From contig CAVNZM010000010.1 in the NCBI GenBank assembly GCA_963693365.1, forward strand, positions 5,705,794-5,769,793: 64,000 bases of DNA, read 5' to 3'. A model generated the notes under the pieces. It was not told the DNA's origin. It saw only the letters and a program-made list of their open reading frames with translations, and did not search any database. Every line of letters starts with the position of its first letter. Position 1 is the stretch's first letter. The translations under genes and the position numbers were made by a program. This document shows positions 1 through 15,497 of the stretch, piece by piece. This stretch comes from Amoebidium appalachense. Lineage: Eukaryota; Protista; Ichthyosporea.

Positions 1-1400
1 CCCCCCCCCCCCCCCGCCCTCCATGCCATGGATGGCGGCCGTCATACATGGTCACGTCTCGGTGCCCACCCTTTGGAAAATGCCATCGGCATCAGTGTAA
101 AAAATCTTCAAGGAGCTAATAAGCATACGGTTGTAGGGTGACTCATTGCCAAATGGCACGTTTTGATGCTATCCAAAAAAAAAAAAAAAAAAAAAAAAGA
201 GCTGGTGGCTCAGTGCATCCATCTCGAGCCGATGCACAGTATGTACTCCAGATCTGTTTTCTTGTTGTTTGCCTGGCCATGTGCCTAGTATGTATGTTCA
301 GTACAGTAGAGTATGCTGTATCTGGGAGGAACAAGAGGCAGTTAGCAAAAACTACGTATATATATATATATATATATGTTATGCTCTCTCCTGATAGTTT
401 TTTTTCTTTCTTATTTCTCTGAGCTTATTGTAGTGTTTTTCAAGTTTTTTCTGGTGTTGTGTTTCAGTGTAACGGTACACACACGAGCCAGTGTCAACCA
501 GTGCCGAGTCGAGCTTCGACTCTGAGTTACTCACTAAAACCATATATGGTTAGAGTTCTAGCCAATCAGGTGGAGTTGCGATATATCTAGAAATCCGTAA
601 GTTTTGATTGGTGGTCGGGTGGTATACGCGGTAATACGCTGAGATTTTATTGGTCAATAAAAATTTGAGCAATACCCCGCATACGTGGCCAGATGCCCAC
701 TCAAGATCTTGACAGGGTCGCGGATTATCAGAGAAGGCATTCCTTCTATACATAAAAATATACAACTTACAACAAAACAAGAATAATAAACGATAATATT
801 TGGTTTTCTGCAACAAGTAAGTACAAAGCTAATTTGTAGTTGTGAGAATTTACGGGGTAGCTCTTGTTTACTTTGGGAATCACAAGTGGTCAAGGTAGCC
901 CATTTGAATTCTTTTGATACTGCGGCCGGAGCTCCTCTTTGGACACGAACACAAATAAAAAGCAGGCACGCAGCTGCCAGGCACGTTATATGCACGCACA
1001 CGGACACGCAAGCAAACCACAAAACACACAGTTGATTCCTACAAAAAAACGTTATCATTTTGTTCTGCACTTCGCGAGACTTGAAAAGGTGGTTTCATAA
1101 CTGTAACGGGGTTACGCTATGATTGTCGCACACACATGCCTGCCGATTGGGCCGGCTAAGAGGGTAATGCTATCAAACATCACAGTTGGCCATGGCATGA
1201 CGAGGGGTGTATTTCTTACATAAAAGCTTTTCACTGTTTGAGACGATTCACATCTCTTCCCTCATCAGTTAACTTGTACGTCTATTGAATTCCACAATTC
1301 TCCTGCACCTCCATTGCCATCACACAGCTCTGTGTTCCTGTGTGAACAGGTCACACTTCAACAGCCGTCGCGTTTTCAGGGAAGGCATACAAAAATCATA

Positions 1401-2881
<1,481 letters not shown>

Positions 2882-4438
2882 AATTTGGGTGTTGGCAGGG
2901 TTTTTTTGGTGGTTGAGAAGGTTGAAATGTGATGGATTGGGATTTATAAGGGGAATTCTCGCATCGGATGGGTTTATGCTACGGTGTAAGGTTCATGAAT
3001 TTTGTTTTTTCGTAAAAGATATCGTATGTGTGTCTGGTGACTGTGTGTGTGATAGCTGAAGTGAAGCTGGGCCCCGGGGGCTTCTTGATGGGTTTTTTTG
3101 TGTGAGTGCAAAATTCGAAGAAAAAGTTTAAATGGGATGACACGGGCAAGGCTACCAAAGCCTTACCTTTTATATTTCTTGGTGATAGCTGAGATATATT
3201 TGGAAACGAGTTAGGTTGAAGTAGTGCGCTGATAATTTATTCGAGTTCTTTTTGTGCATATGTGGTTCCATATGGATACATGATGTGCGATGATATCTTT
3301 TTGTATGGCCGCTATTTGGCTGGGTGGATATTATTATTCGTAGATGTGAGTGTTTTAAAATATAGAGTGCTTATATTGTACTTTAGATCTGAGCGTGAGT
3401 GGACGCTTAGTATAGCCGTTTTATCATTATACTATTGTCGTGACTATGATTAGTGATACAATTTTTTGTGTCAAGCGAATCGTTGAACATATATGTAGGG
3501 TTTTACTTTTGCCGTATCCTGAACAGTATCTTTTCGATGATATAACCAACTTGCACGTGGTGTGACCAAATTTCACACAAGGATACTCATTTTTCGCGAT
3601 ATTTCGAACCCTTTTGCTAGCGTGTATTTTCGAATATCCAGAATACCTAGAATATCTGGTTACATCTCTGTAACCAACTCAATGCCAACTTGTAGTATGG
3701 CCCATGTTTTTGATTTTTCAGTGTTTAAGCTCTGATGAATATATTTAGATCCAATATAGCAACACAAAAAAAGCATACATGCACAGTGTTTTTAGATATA
3801 TCTTTTTGTGGCATGTCTATGTGAGACCGCCTAGATATGTATGTGATATACATCGATATCCCCCTTTTGATCTTTCACCAGTTAGGTAACTCCGCGTCGA
3901 AGGAAAATAAACGGTCGGAGTTTTTTTGTTTTTTTCGTTCATTTGAAACCCTCGCATGAACCACCCCATTCCACAGGTTTAAAACAAGACAACGTATCCC
4001 CCCTCCCCCCCCCTCCCCCCTCCCCCCCCCCCCCCCCTCGGTTCCTTTTTCCTCCTTTAATTCCTTCTGTCCCCTCCCCCCCCCTCACCCCCTCCCCCTT
4101 CTCCCTCCCCAACCAAAAAAAAAAAAAAAAAAAAAAAAAAAACCAAAATAAAAAGGAAGACAACTGCGGGCGTTTGGCTTCCCCTGCCCCTTTTTTGCTG
4201 ACGCCATGATGACGTGAGCACGTGCACTCCTTCCCCCCCCCCCCCCCCCCCCCCCTTCTTTTCCATACTTGACAATAATGTAACTTAAAATGCTACCACG
4301 AGTATTCCAGCCCAGATTGACGCCCGATCTCTATGGAGTCCAACCATACATTTGTAGGCCTTTGTCTCGGCGCACAACTTATATTATGGCGTACTCAACC
4401 CCCTCCCCTCTCCCCCTCCCCTCCCCCTCCCCTCCCCC

Positions 4439-4469
<31 letters not shown>

Positions 4470-4545
4470 ACACACAGGTTTAGCTCCACTCTTCACCCCT
4501 AAAAGGTGCATCCTACCTATTGCACACATTCTTCTCTATCCCCAC

Positions 4546-4613
<68 letters not shown>

Positions 4614-5593
4614 GCCCCCTGCCCCCTCCCCCTCCTTCCAAGATCCAGAGTCCTATTTTTGTGTGCCCAGACATGCCACCCCACACAATAAGTTGCAGGG
4701 GCACGGATTCCCCCACGTACATTCTGAACATGTGATTTCCGACAACCACACACAGCAACAACTAACCTCCCCCCTCCCCGCCCCCAAACCCCTCCTGAGG
4801 CTCCCCCCTTCACAACCACACACACCAACAACCACACTTGTACACAACCTAAAACTCACCTTCTCCCCCTCCCTTCCTCCCCCTCCCTCCCCCTCCCCCC
4901 TCCCCCTCCCCCCTCCTGCCCCCACAACCACGAACACACCAACCACCACACACGCCCTACAACCCGACACAACCCACAGCATATCGATATCACATATTCC
5001 ATACACAACTTGCGTCTGTAAACTCATAACGCATCATACACACGGTCGGGAAGTATATACCAGCACCCCCGATTCGCGTGCTTCTACTTGATCGCATATA
5101 CATAGTCTCACTGTCAACCATTCCTTCCAACGTTTAACCAATCTTCAGAGCAATAACAGTTAAATATCCTTTGACCCCCCCCCCCCCCCCCCCCCCCCCC
5201 TTGGAGTCCCCCCTCCCTCCCCCCCCCCTCCCCCCCCCCCACCACCACCACCACAAATCCACCTCCAATCCACATCGACCCCATCCGCAGCTATAAAGCT
5301 CTCCTTATTCCTCTTCAATCCCAGTCCGCCATCCACAAAACCCACATGTAAGTATTTACGACAAAACTTCACTGCTCTTTTACTTAAATTCTACCCCCCC
5401 CCCCCCCCCCTTTCCCCCCGGGGCCTCGCCCCCGAGACTCCTCCCCCCCCCCCCCCCCCCCTTCCCCCCCCGGGGTTTTGACCTCTCCCCCCCCCCCCCC
5501 CCCCCCCCCTCCCTCCCTCCACCTTATCCCTTGGGCAAGTGAAACTCCACAAAAAAGCATGAAACACACACACAAAAAACCAAGAAGACCCAA

Positions 5594-5824
5594 TCATCCA
5601 GCGGTGTTGTATGGGGTCAGTGCCGGGGCATGTGTGGGCAGGGTGGATCTCTCGTCAATTGGGGCATAGGAGGACTGCATGGCTGCACGGCGCACACGAT
5701 ACTCCTGGTAGGCGGTGGTGGCGGCACACACCTGCAAACAAAAGAGGAAAAAAAAGAAGAGGAAAGAAAGAAATGAAGGAAGAAAGGAAAGAAAGGAAAG
5801 AGGGTGTATGTGTGTGTGTGTAAG

Positions 5825-5867
<43 letters not shown>

Positions 5868-7404
5868 GTGCGTGTGTGTGTGTGACTGCGGCGTGTCACG
5901 ATGTGTGTGTGGGGGGGCGGGGAGGGGGGGGGGGGGGGAGGGGCGGGGGAGGGAAGGGGGGGTAGGTGTGGTAACGATAGGAATGAGAAGTGTTAGCCTG
6001 ATGGTGGTGTGTTGGTGTGTGTGGTTTTGGCGGCCGGGGGGGGGGGGGGGGGGGGGGGGGGGAGGGCAAGGGGATTAAGGTATGTATAAGAAGTCCCACT
6101 CTGATGTTGGGCATCATGAAGCAGTTTATGAAGTGACTGGACAGCTCGCTTTATGGATATCGTGATCAGGAAACTCTTTTTTAGTTTAATAAACACACAG
6201 GCAGGCGGGGTTGTGGGTGAATGGAGCATGTCTTAGTTCGTGTTTTAGAGGGGTGAAAAGGGAGAAGTTCTGAGTTTCGTGGAGAGGAAAATGGAATGAA
6301 CACAAACAGAACCCGGTTGACGATGGAGATGCTATCGACAGTACTGGTACTTTGTGTGTGTGTCTCGTGTGTGTGTGTGTGTGTTGGGGGGGGGGAGGGG
6401 GAGGGGAGGGGGGAAGGGGGGGGGGGGGGGGGGGGGGGGGCCTGTAAAATGGAGAGGATTCTGTGAGAGAAAACCTTGGAAATGATACCATTGGATTTTA
6501 AAGGGAGATGGAAATAAAAAAGTTTCAAAGATGGTGGTGCTGGCTGGTGCAGAAAACAAGTAGGGGGTGATTGAAAATGACAGCCACCAGGACTAACTGG
6601 AGCCCCCCCCCCCCCCCCCCCTCCCCCTCCCCCTTTCCCCCCTCTTGTCCGATCGGATGTGGGATCTTTAGTGTTCGGAGCTAGCCTGATCAATCACAAA
6701 CGTCATTTTTTTAAACTTCGGAAGAAGAAGTGGAGAGGGAATGGGAGATTCGGGTTTCAAAAGACATATCATATTGGTCGAGCAGCCTGCATAACGGCCA
6801 GAGAGGGGGGGGAGGAAGGAGGTTTAACGACGGATGGAGCTAGGGGTCAAGGTGGGTTGGGGGGAGGGGGTGGGTCTGTGGGGTTTGTGTGTGTGTAGAG
6901 GCTAGGCAGGAGGGGGGGGGGGAGGAGGGGGGGGGAGGGGGGGGGGCATTTACCCAAGCAACAAAGATGAGGAATGAGAGGGCGATTGCAGCGGTGATCG
7001 TGTGTTGGGTGTGGGGGGACAGGATGAGACGGAGGGTGTGGCGCCACTGGTCTAGGAGGTAGCAAAAAGACACGAACCAGAGAAGACCGCAGAGTGTGGA
7101 GAGGAACTGTGTGTGTGTGTGTTTGGGGGGGGGGGGGGGGAGGGGGGAGGGGGGGGGGACGAGGGAATGGAGAGTGTGTGTGCGTGTAGGGGGGGAGGGG
7201 GGAAGGGAGATGGTGGGGAGGGGGGAGGAGGGGATGGTGTGTGTGTGTACAATGTGTGTGTATATGTATGTGTGTGTGTGTGTATATGTATGTGTGTGTG
7301 TGTGTATATGTATGTGTGTGTGTGTGTATATGTATGTGTGTGTGTGTGTGTATATGTATGTGTGTGTGTTTGTGTATGTATGTGTGTGTGTGTGTGTGTA
7401 TGTA

Positions 7405-7437
<33 letters not shown>

Positions 7438-7747
7438 ATATGTATGTGTGTGTGTGTGTATATGTATGTGTGTGTGTGTGTGTATGTATGTGTGTGTGTG
7501 TGTATATGTATGTGTGTGTGTGTGTGTATATGTATGTGTGTGTGTGTGTGTATGTATGTGTGTGTGTGTGTGTGTGTATGTATGTGTGTGTGTGTGTGTA
7601 TGTATGTGTGTGTGTGTGTGTATATGTATGTGTGTGTGTGTGGGGGGGGGAGGATGTGTGAGTGAGTAAGTGAGTGAGTTTGTGTGCGTGTGCGTGTGCG
7701 TGTGCGTGCGTGCGTGCGTGCGTGCGTGCGCGCGCGCGCGCGCGTGC

Positions 7748-7785
<38 letters not shown>

Positions 7786-9276
7786 TTCAAAGACTAATCG
7801 TGCTCAGGAGCCCCGGGGAGGTGATCGGGAGGAGGGAAAAACATATTTTATTGAGCCACTCAATAGAGTTCATAGTTTTTTATGCCAATAAATGTATAAT
7901 TTCAAATGCCCACTAAACACATCACACCATGTATATCCCCTCCCGTCTTCCGCACCCCTTAACTGCTACTAAATGCCTGCCATGAATACCGCAAAGGAAC
8001 CTCCCCCCCCCCCCCCCCCCCTCCCCCCTTTCCCCCCCCCCTGTCCTCATCTCCTCCTTCCTTCCATATCTTTTGTCCCCACCCTTCACATATCATCAAA
8101 CACCACACCCAAACATCCCCCCCCCCCCCCTCCCCATATGCCTCCTCCTCCCCCCCCCCCCCCCCCCCCCCCCCGCGCCCCAAAACACTGTTTTTACTAA
8201 CCTGCTTAGAAGCAACTGGCTGAAAAATCACCCAATATGATATATATCCGAAACTCTACTCGATAGCTCATTAATATCATGAGATATGCAGCAAGCACCA
8301 TTTCCGTTAACTGTTTGTCAGCTATCAGCCAAGATGACATTAACGGTTTAAATATCTCCAAATGTCCCAACAATATCACGGGATATGCATCAAATTTCAC
8401 CTGCCCCATCAGCCAGCACCATGCATGTCCTTGTAAGCTGCCTATCAGCAATCACACGTTATGAGATAAACTCGAAATTTCACTTGACAACCCATTAACA
8501 TCACAAGATATACACCAAATTTCATCTACCGCGTCAGCCAGCACCATGTATATGCCTGTAAACTGCCTATCAGCAACCAGTTAATACGAGATAAACTCAA
8601 ATTTTCACTTGACAACCCATTAACACTACAAGATATACACCAAACTCCACCTACCGTATCAGCAAGCACCATGCTCGTAAACTGCCTGTCAGCCAGAGCC
8701 GCAAACGCCTGCCACATAAGCATCATAGTGGCCAGAGCAAACGTTGCCACCCCCACACCCAGGGAGTAATCGCACACTGCACTGTTGTTGAGACGGCATA
8801 CATTTTCCACACGACCTTCGGAAACCATGCAGCCAATAAACGCAATTGTCATCATCTGGAGAGAGTGAGAGGGAAGCGCCGGGGGGGGGGGGGGGGGGGG
8901 GGGGGGGAGGGGGGAAGGGAGAAGGGTAGGGGGGAAGGGAGGAGAGGGTGCGGGAGGGAATGAGGGATAGAGAGGGGACGGGCGTGGAGGTGACAGGAGC
9001 AGCCGCCTGAAGGGTAAAGGTGGGGGGGGGGGGGGGGGGGGGGGGGGGGTTCGTGCATTTGTTTTCGTGGGTCGGGGAGAGGGTCGAAAAGCGGAGGTGG
9101 ATGGGGGGATTAGAAAAAGAGAAGCAAGAGAAGGTACCGGTTGGTCAGTTGTATGGAGGTGTATACACCGTGTGGAATGTGTTGAGCTTGTGCGTGTGCG
9201 TGCGTGCATGCGCGCACGCGTGCATGTGTGTGTGTGCGCGCGTTTGTGCGCGCGCGTGTTTTTTATATAATTATTA

Positions 9277-9351
<75 letters not shown>

Positions 9352-9367
9352 AGAGCAGGGTTTTTTT

Positions 9368-9406
<39 letters not shown>

Positions 9407-9959
9407 AGAAAGAGAGGGGAATTCCAGGTGTACGATTTAGGGTTGAAACCCCCCCCCCCCCCCCCCCCCCCCTCTCTCTCTCTTGAAGTGCTTGTGTACG
9501 AAACACGATGCTCAGCGCCAAACAGCAACATGTTTCTCTTTCTTTAACTAGATACTCATCCCTTGCCCCACGGCATCTCTCCCCCCCCTCCCCCCGGATA
9601 TGCTCTAAGATGTTAGCTCATTTGACGTGTATCATCAACAGGGGGGGGAAAACAGCCGAGATGAAAGACATAAAAGAAAAGAAAAAGAAGAAAGAAGCGA
9701 TGGGTTACTAAGTTATGTAGACAGTCGCTCCCGAAAAACGTCGAAAGACACGTGCAGTTGTGCTATTTTGACATGCAAAGCACTCCACTCCCCCGTCTGT
9801 AGGCTCATCATCACTTCTTTTCTCTAATCCCCCCCCCCCCCCCCCCCCCCCCCTACTGCCCTGAACTTCAATAGAGTACGTACGCCTGTAAGGGGGCGCG
9901 CACAGGCACACCACGCGCACACACACATGCAAACACATGTACACGCAAAAGCACGCACA

Positions 9960-9999
<40 letters not shown>

Positions 10000-10218
10000 G
10001 GACACACACACCGGACACACACACCGGACACACACACCGGACACACACACCGGACACACACACCGGACACACACACACACACACACACCGTGACGTTTCC
10101 CACTCTTGCTCACCCATAGATAGGGTGTGGATTTGGGGAGGAATCATACCCAAGCTGCGGCACGCGCAACGAAGTTGAAGGTGAAGAGGGTCCCCACCAC
10201 AGATTGCCAGCCACCCAT
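5594..10218 (-). CDS. Synaptogyrin-like MARVEL-domain membrane protein, 4 exons (10218-10150, 8855-8655, 7106-6954, 5731-5594)
   Basis: All introns are GT-AG, phase 0. Four hydrophobic helices, a loop with C-x(6)-C-x-Y, and ADTFLSTLCGLLWFVSFCYLLDQW, matching the synaptogyrin D..FS.LW..LWFV.FC.L..QW motif. Confidence 0.85.
8285..8695. repeat. Degenerate ~125-bp tandem repeat (3-4 copies) spanning the exon 2 end and donor of the synaptogyrin-like gene
   Basis: The (C/A)AGCACCAT anchor recurs at 8293, 8414, 8539 and 8664. GAGATAAACTC...CACTTGACAACCCATTAACA is shared by two units. Confidence 0.8.
9998..10070. repeat. Minisatellite (CCGGACACACACA)n, ~6 copies
   Basis: Direct reading; embedded in a CA tract. 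Confidence 0.85.
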
Positions 10219-12087
10219 TTTCGTATCTCCAGATGAAAAAAAACAGAAGTAGAGAGTAATTGATTACCACCAGTGATAATTCGAAGTCACACACTTCCTA
10301 TAGCAGCTACTTAGCTAGGTGAACAGCACGAACCAACTTTTAACAACCGAGTTTATTCCCGTCGTAATTCAACTACACAATAGCCTAGTGTACCCACTGA
10401 TAAAATTCATATACGGTATTTGTGAACACGTAAACGTATGTAAAGCGCAAGAATCCGAGTGTCAAGAGTGCCCAGGGAAGACCGGAGAGCTAGACAAAGT
10501 GAAGTTACTTATGCCGTAGAGGTTGGGTTGTCAACTAAAGACTTCAACTGATGGTTAGGCCTATATAAACTTCTGTTGTCCGGAAACGTGACAAATTTTG
10601 CACGTCCTCTGGTTCCGACACGATACCGTATGCGTCTGTATGCGTCTGTATGCGTATGCAGAATCCACGCCGAGAGCTTTTCCCTGCCCCATTTGGGCTC
10701 GCGATCGTGGAGTTGAAAATCACACAAACGCACAAACATAAGCAAGTGTCACAAAAGTATCGTCGTGTAATGTAAATGTGACAGTATCGTGTGTCACGTG
10801 GACCATGGCCACATGCGCATGCTGCGTGCATGCTCATGTATGCGGCGCATGTCACAGTGTCGCCTAGCTATAGGGCCTGATAGTTTGTGACTGAGCAGTT
10901 AGAATTTCAAACTTTGCCGCGCAAATATACAGATTCCTTGGAGAGACATGATTGGTGAACGTATTTTATATTTGACCTTTTATGGTAGACAATTTAACCT
11001 CTACGCATTCCATAGAGAGCTGTGCAAAAGGCCTGTCGTAAAACCTTAGTGATAAGGAATGAAACATATACGGCCTTTTAGGTGGGTCTATTGCGTTCTT
11101 GCTGAATAAATTAGCTGAAGAAATATAGAGTTTCAGATATGTGTATTTTAGATGCTCTACTCAATAGTATGTTTTTTTAACAGTGAATATGTAGGATCAA
11201 AGATTACATCTTCCAGATTCTGAATCGCCCCCTGCAGGATGCCGATTGCCGCGGTTAGCAAACATTCCGTTGTCTATAATCTATAAACCGCAGCATGATT
11301 TGTGCATGATCTACAGGCATAACGTTAGCTTTAAATCTTACAAAAGCCTTTTGTTTGACGTTTAAACTGCTAAATATCTTTTTGGCCAATGAATGGCTAT
11401 CATCGCGAATACGTAATGCCGCCAGTTGACAGAGTCATCTACCCACACACAAGATAACAAACGACCCTAACATGTTCCCTGCCAGATAGTTCCAAAGTAT
11501 ACACATTATAAATTTGTATATATGATGGATACTTGACAAGGAAATAGGAAAAATTACAATATAATCACGGTATTTTAATATTTTTACTCCTAAAAGCTAT
11601 AACAAAGCTGCATTGGCCAGCCAACGTCGCCTAAGAAGTATATGTCATGCTGATCAGCTAGGGACTTGATCTTGTACGCGGATTCGCATGCGCAAGGAAT
11701 AGTTACATGCGTACGTAGTGTGTGACAACTTCCTTTCCACGATACAAACAGGCCGAAAGCCGCTTACTGCTTTTGTCTGTTTGTTCACTACGAACGCATT
11801 CGAAGTGCTCAAAAAGTTATAAAAACCCTTCACAACCGTTGGCTTTTTTGCAAAACGTGTTCTTCTGAGGTAGTCGATGTTTCAAACCGAAAGTACGTAG
11901 CGTATGCATGTACTCGATCAGTCTGGCTAACTGGGTTTCTAAACACTGTTGTAGGAATAGTTTAGCAAAAAAATCGAAAGCCTACCCCCCTTCTTCACTT
12001 TCAGGCGTCTTTTGGTTTCCCTTCTTCAGCGCACTTACAACCAGTATCATTTTAGTTTCAGTCTTGGCCCACGGTCCGATTGCAAAC

Positions 12088-12886
12088 ATGGTTTTGGCCA
12101 CGCCAATGAGCGTCAGCATGTGGCCAACACATACACACATCGAGTCCATGGTCACAAGAGGCCATAACTCGCAGTCGCAGCACCGCCCGACCGCAACCAA
12201 CGCACAGACACCGGGAGAGAACTCACGACCCGTTACACTAAAAGACATGATCGAATCCGCGCACGTATTTTCTGTCGAGCAGTATCAGAGATATCGGGCA
12301 AGATGTGCTGCGCAATTTGTTGCTGATGCTGAAGCAAACGTCAACTTCTCACACGCGGTTGGTTTCCACACTGCACCTTTGTTAGGTGCCAGTCACTGCT
12401 GGTCCAGCGTATCCTCCGAGGCAAGCACATCCGGGTCGGATATTTCTCAGGATGAAACATGCAGTGCATTGAGTGCCAGTACGCAAAGTGATTTTGCCGA
12501 CAGTGCGAGCGTTGAGGGATTTAGGAGAACTAGCGCCTACAAGCAAACATCAGTTGACTGGATGCAAGATGTACTCGAGGAGGAGAAGAAGCCCCTGCGT
12601 CGTGAGTTGAGGCTGCTGAAACCAGGCGGCCGGCCTTTTGGTGCCAGTCTCTGTCAGATACGTGGGGGTACGTTTGTAACCTATGTCGAGCCAGCCTCAC
12701 CTGCCTGGCGTGTGGGTATACAGGTCAGTCAACCCCCCCCCCCCCCCCCCCCCCCCCTCTCCGCCCTTCCCCCCTCCCTGCCCTTCCCCTGTACGTACCG
12801 GGTCACACACACTGCACCCATTCATTCACACGTACAGACCTTACAGACACTTACATGTACACAGACACGCGCACACATACACACAG

Positions 12887-12937
<51 letters not shown>

Positions 12938-13135
12938 CACGCAGGATACACACCACCAATACTTTCCCCTCGAACGCCTTTCTCTTGTCTGCTAAGCTCT
13001 TTATTTCGTGCTTCCTCGGAAATTTTATATTCAACCCCCGTGTATACCAGGCACTTGTTCATTAGCCGAGACACAAACATATATGTATGCGCACAACAAT
13101 CGTGTAGCTTTTTCGTGTGTGCCCCCACCTCCTAC

Positions 13136-13166
<31 letters not shown>

Positions 13167-13581
13167 AAAAAAAAAAAGAAAAAGAAAAAGAAAAGAAAGA
13201 CAGAAAGGGCGAAAAAAGCCTTTCCCCCATCTCCCCCACCCCTCTCCCCGTGGGGCTACGTTCTATTGTGCCTTTTTGAACTTTTCGCACCATACCACCC
13301 CCCCCCCCTCCCCTCTGCCCCATGTGCCTCTGCCCTCTTCGTCTCGTATCATAGTATTTGCCACCTCATGTTTCCCAATGTTGACGTTTGTCACGGATGA
13401 CTTTGAAGCAAGGATGATATTGGCACGGATTCGTTTGAATCCAAAAGGTTTGTGTTGTGTGCTCACATGTGTGAAGTAACCGGAATAACCATGTGCGTAT
13501 GAGTCCTGTTATTTAATTCTTAACAGGACAAAGAGAATCACAATAAAGCCTTTAGACGGGCGCTTGGATGCATGCATGTTG

Positions 13582-13652
<71 letters not shown>

Positions 13653-13891
13653 GGGGGAAAAGAAAAAAGAAAGAAAGAAAACAGAAGGGGAAAAAAGATG
13701 TGGGGGGAGTGTGTGTGTGTGTGTGGGTGGGGGGTGGGGGGGTGGGGGGGGGGGGGTAAGAAACGTCACTTTTTGCTTACGCAACAATGTTCTATTCTTG
13801 GTATGGCTGCTGACTCAAACCCCCCCCCCCCTCCCCCCCGCTCCTTCTTTCCGCCATTTAATACCTTTATTCAAAACAGCCCATACACAAT

Positions 13892-13944
<53 letters not shown>

Positions 13945-14440
13945 CGGCGACCGCGTCGACATGGTCAACAACATCTTTGTCAACGATCGATCCACATCCC
14001 CCAAGATGCTCATAGACCTACTACGAGACTCGGAGGAGGTCGAAATAACAATCTGCGACACCCCAATGGTAGAGGAATACAAACTCGTGAAAATTGATTC
14101 TGATCTTGAGCTTGGATTGGTGTACATTGGCGGAGAAACGTGGTACCCCCCGCCCATGAGCGCGTTTGGTATCGCTCTGATATCCAAGGGGTTAACAATT
14201 ATGCGCGTGAACGATATCGACGTGATTGGGATGGAGGACAATTCGGTGGTGAAAGTACTGGAGAGCGAATATCGTGCAAAGGATTTGATCAATCTTGTGT
14301 GTGTCCCGTCGCGGCTGGGTACGTTTATGAACTCTGTGTGGCACAGTCGTAATGGTGGTTATAATGTTCCTGAAGTTTCTTTGTGGGAGGCGGTGTTTCC
14401 GGCTGGAGGGAGTGTGAATTATACGGGGAATTGTGGGTAG
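12088..14440 (+). CDS. Tandem PDZ-domain protein, syntenin-like, 2 exons (12088-12723, 13943-14440)
   Basis: Spliced CAG|GTCAGT...CACAG| gives FGASLCQIRGGTFVTYVEPASPAWRVGIQ-TGDRVDMVN (PDZ1), then LGLVYIGG...IMRVNDIDVIGMEDNSVVKVL (PDZ2). Layout resembles syntenin. The start codon is uncertain. Confidence 0.8.
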
Positions 14441-15149
14441 ATTTACGTGAAAATGGGATTTGTTTGTGGTAAATAAAACTGTAGTATTAGAGCACAATTA
14501 GAGTAAAAGGATGTGTTCGATATTTTTACTATTAGACGGGATGTATTTGGGTGAGGAAAAACGAACAGCTTGGCACGCAGATTCTTTTATTTGTGTTGTA
14601 GATATAATCCATGAATATTCAATGTGCACGTTTGGGGATGGGCATGGCAATTGAGTTTTCGCTGACGATTAGGGCTCGGAAAATGTTGGGATATATGAAG
14701 GTTGTTAGGATTACTATGGCATCGAATGTGTGTTAGACGAATGGTTATGGATATTAGGTATTAGATATTATATGAGATATGAGATATTAGATATGAGATA
14801 TTCGATGGTTGTGATAGTATTGACAGTCATTTTTTGAATGGGCATGTATGAAGTATGGGGCTTGCAGTTTTGTTTCTGCTGTTTTGTTTAGATTACAATC
14901 ACAGGGCTTTTCTGAATTATACGAGACTAACATGTACAATTTATTATTGATTACTATGTTCAATAATGGTCGAGTTGGTAACAACATCTTTTTTAGCTGT
15001 TAAATGATGTAAATGATGGTACAGTGAATGAAAAAAGGCACGTTTACGGACTCTCCATACCAAATCGGGTAGTGCCTGGTATCTGATATTATCGGAAACT
15101 TTTGGAAGTAAAAACACAATCGTGTAGCTGCAAATATTATTTTCCCTCA

Positions 15150-15228
<79 letters not shown>

Positions 15229-15263
15229 GGGCCCCCAACACACACCTACACACACACACACAT

Positions 15264-15325
<62 letters not shown>

Positions 15326-15356
15326 GTCACACTTTTACACACAAAAGCCGAGCCCC

Positions 15357-15497
15357 AGGTCGAAACATGGGTACTGTGCATGTCTTGGCTCCCCCCTGTC
15401 CGTTGATCACCTCTGCTTTATTAGAGATGGATACTCTTTCATGTGCATTCCCTGCAACTTCTACATTGTATACGATGTGAATGTGTACTGCGTAACC
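15357..15497 (+). mobile_element. Diverged copy of the intronic repeat family, outside annotated CDS
   Basis: GGTCGAAACATGGGTACTGTG...GATACTCTTT...GTGTACT followed by a C-run resembles the copy at 59401-59652 (reverse complement). Confidence 0.5.

Noticed and set aside
50-940. Possible small minus-strand multi-exon gene at the window start
   Set aside because: Exon-like fragments exist, but I could not build a phase-consistent model or recognise a family.
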